DNA of 64,000 nucleotides. It comes from Convolutriloba macropyga (Eukaryota). This document shows, piece after piece, positions 62,401 to 64,000 of the stretch. Within the stretch, counting starts at the first letter, position 1, and the number at the start of each line of letters is the position of its first letter. Below the pieces are notes generated by a model. The model made no database searches, was not told the DNA's origin, and was given only the letters and a program-made list of their open reading frames with translations. The position numbers and the translations under genes are program-made. The DNA is taken from NCBI RefSeq assembly GCF_964194025.1, contig NC_134478.1, positions 36,642,001-36,706,000 of the forward strand, in the 5' to 3' direction.

Positions 62401-64000
62401 CATAAAAAAGAGTGTGAATGTGAATATTGATGTCGTTACTTTTCTGTCAGCAAAACAAGTGACGCACAGATCGGTACTCTATCAGAAATACCTTAAAGGG
62501 GAACCATTTTTGTAGACCGTCAAAAGACTCAGCTGTCTCAATGAAAATTACTAATTCCAAATTCCCGCTGCACATAAACGGAGTTCCTGAAATTCCTAAC
62601 ACCCATTTTTCGGAACATTGGAACAAGGGTGGGCAACTTCTTTTGTTTGATTATAATTCGGTACTTGAAGAAAAAAATAGTAAACTTTAATCAAATTTTT
62701 GTTCAACTTTAATCAAAGTTCTATATAGATTTAAATGTCTAAATGTAGACTAGAAAGCGACAAAAATGATCAAACAAGACAAATTTGTGATAGTTGTAGA
62801 AAAACTGCCGCCAATTTATGAATGACGCTCTAATGAAAATGAATATATGTAGAATCGATTTTAAAAACTGCATACATAAAAAAGAGTGTGAATGTGACTA
62901 TTCATGTCATTACTTTTCTGTCAGCAAAGCAAATGACTCACAGATCGGTTCTCTATCAGAAATACATTAAAGGGGAACCATTTTTGTAGACCGTCAGAAG
63001 ACTCAGCTGTCTCAATGAAAATTACTACTTCCAAATTTCCGCTGCACATAAACGGAGTTCCTGAACTTCCTAACACCCATTTTTTGGAACATTGGAACAA
63101 GGGTAGGCAACTTCTTTTGTTTGATTATAATTCGGTACTTGAAGAAAAAAATAGTAAACTTTAATCAAATTTTTGTTCAACTTTAATCAAAGTTCTATAT
63201 AGATTTAAATGTCTAAATGTAGACTAGAAAGCGACAAAAATAATCAAACAAGACAAATTTGTGATAGTTGTAGAAAAACTGCCGCCAATTTATGAATGAC
63301 GCTCTAACGAAAATGAATATATGTAGAATCGATTTTAAGAACTGCATACATAAAAAAGAGTGTGAATGTGACTATTCATGTCATTACTTTTCTGTCAGCA
63401 AAGCAAATGACTCACAGATCGGTTCTCTATCAGAAATACATTAAAGGGGAACCATTTTTGTAGACCGTCAGAAGACTCAGCTGTCTCAATGAAAATTACT
63501 ACTTCCAAATTTCCGCTGCACATAAACGGAGTTCCTGAACTTCCTAACACCCATTTTTTGGAACATTGGAACAAGGGTAGGCAACTTATTTTGTTTGATT
63601 ATTATTCGGTACTTGAAGAAAAAAATAGTAAACTTTAATAAATTTTTTGTTCAACTTTAATCAAAGTTCTATATAGATTTAAATGTCTAATTGTAGACTA
63701 GAAAGCGACAAAAAAGATCAAACACGACAAATTTGTGATAGTTGTAGAAAAACTACAGCCAATTGATGAATGACTCTCTAAAGAAATTGAATATATGTAG
63801 ATTTGATTTTAAAAATTGCATACATAAAAAAGAGTGTGAATGTGAATATTCATGTCGTTACTTTTTTGTCAGCAAAGCAAATGACGCACCGATCGGTACT
63901 CTATCAGAAATACATTAAAGGGGAGCATTTTTTGTAGACCGTCAGCGTCAGAAGACTCAGCTGTCTCAATGAAAATTACTGCTTCCAAATTCCCGCTGCA
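56407..64000 (+). repeat. ~474-bp tandem satellite, about 16 copies, continuing beyond the window
   Basis: CCGCTGCACATAAACGGAGTTCCTGAA recurs at 56407, 56881, 57355, 57827, 58301, 58775, 59249, 59723, 60194, 60668, 61142, 61616, 62090, 62565, 63039, 63513 and 63993. Confidence 0.98.

Overview
AT-rich, repeat-dominated eukaryotic DNA, probably from an invertebrate animal (inferred from the TE families and GT-AG introns). No ordinary host gene was recognised. From left to right the window holds: (1) a rearranged, tandemly amplified Ty3/Gypsy pol remnant (1-7.3 kb, with 3 x 1,648-bp copies); (2) LINE debris; (3) a full-length but decayed Ty1/Copia element (17,493-22,466; TSD GTTGA); (4) a ~24.4-kb region (23,922-48,297) bounded by perfect 46-bp CCCAG...CTGGG terminal inverted repeats, read as a giant CMC (CACTA/EnSpm-type) DNA transposon; (5) a second Copia element (48,635-54,093; TSD ATTTT); (6) a ~474-bp satellite running off the end. 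The main finding is the cargo of the CMC element, all on the minus strand. It includes a ~984-aa protein in which a Suv4-20/KMT5-like (H4K20) SET methyltransferase domain is fused in frame to a CACTA-type DDE transposase. It also includes two intact, spliced, paralogous genes with BEN-like C-termini, a third paralogue keeping only their N-terminal domain, and an RRM-like ORF. The four-gene core is bracketed by nucleosome-length (~176-bp) satellite arrays, and each of those four genes has a splice acceptor 5-10 nt before its ATG. This looks like a transposon carrying its own chromatin writer and DNA-targeting kit. Domain calls come from motif recognition by eye and need HMM or structure confirmation. 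An assembly gap (47,401-47,729) and the lack of a clean TSD leave the element's exact extent unproven.
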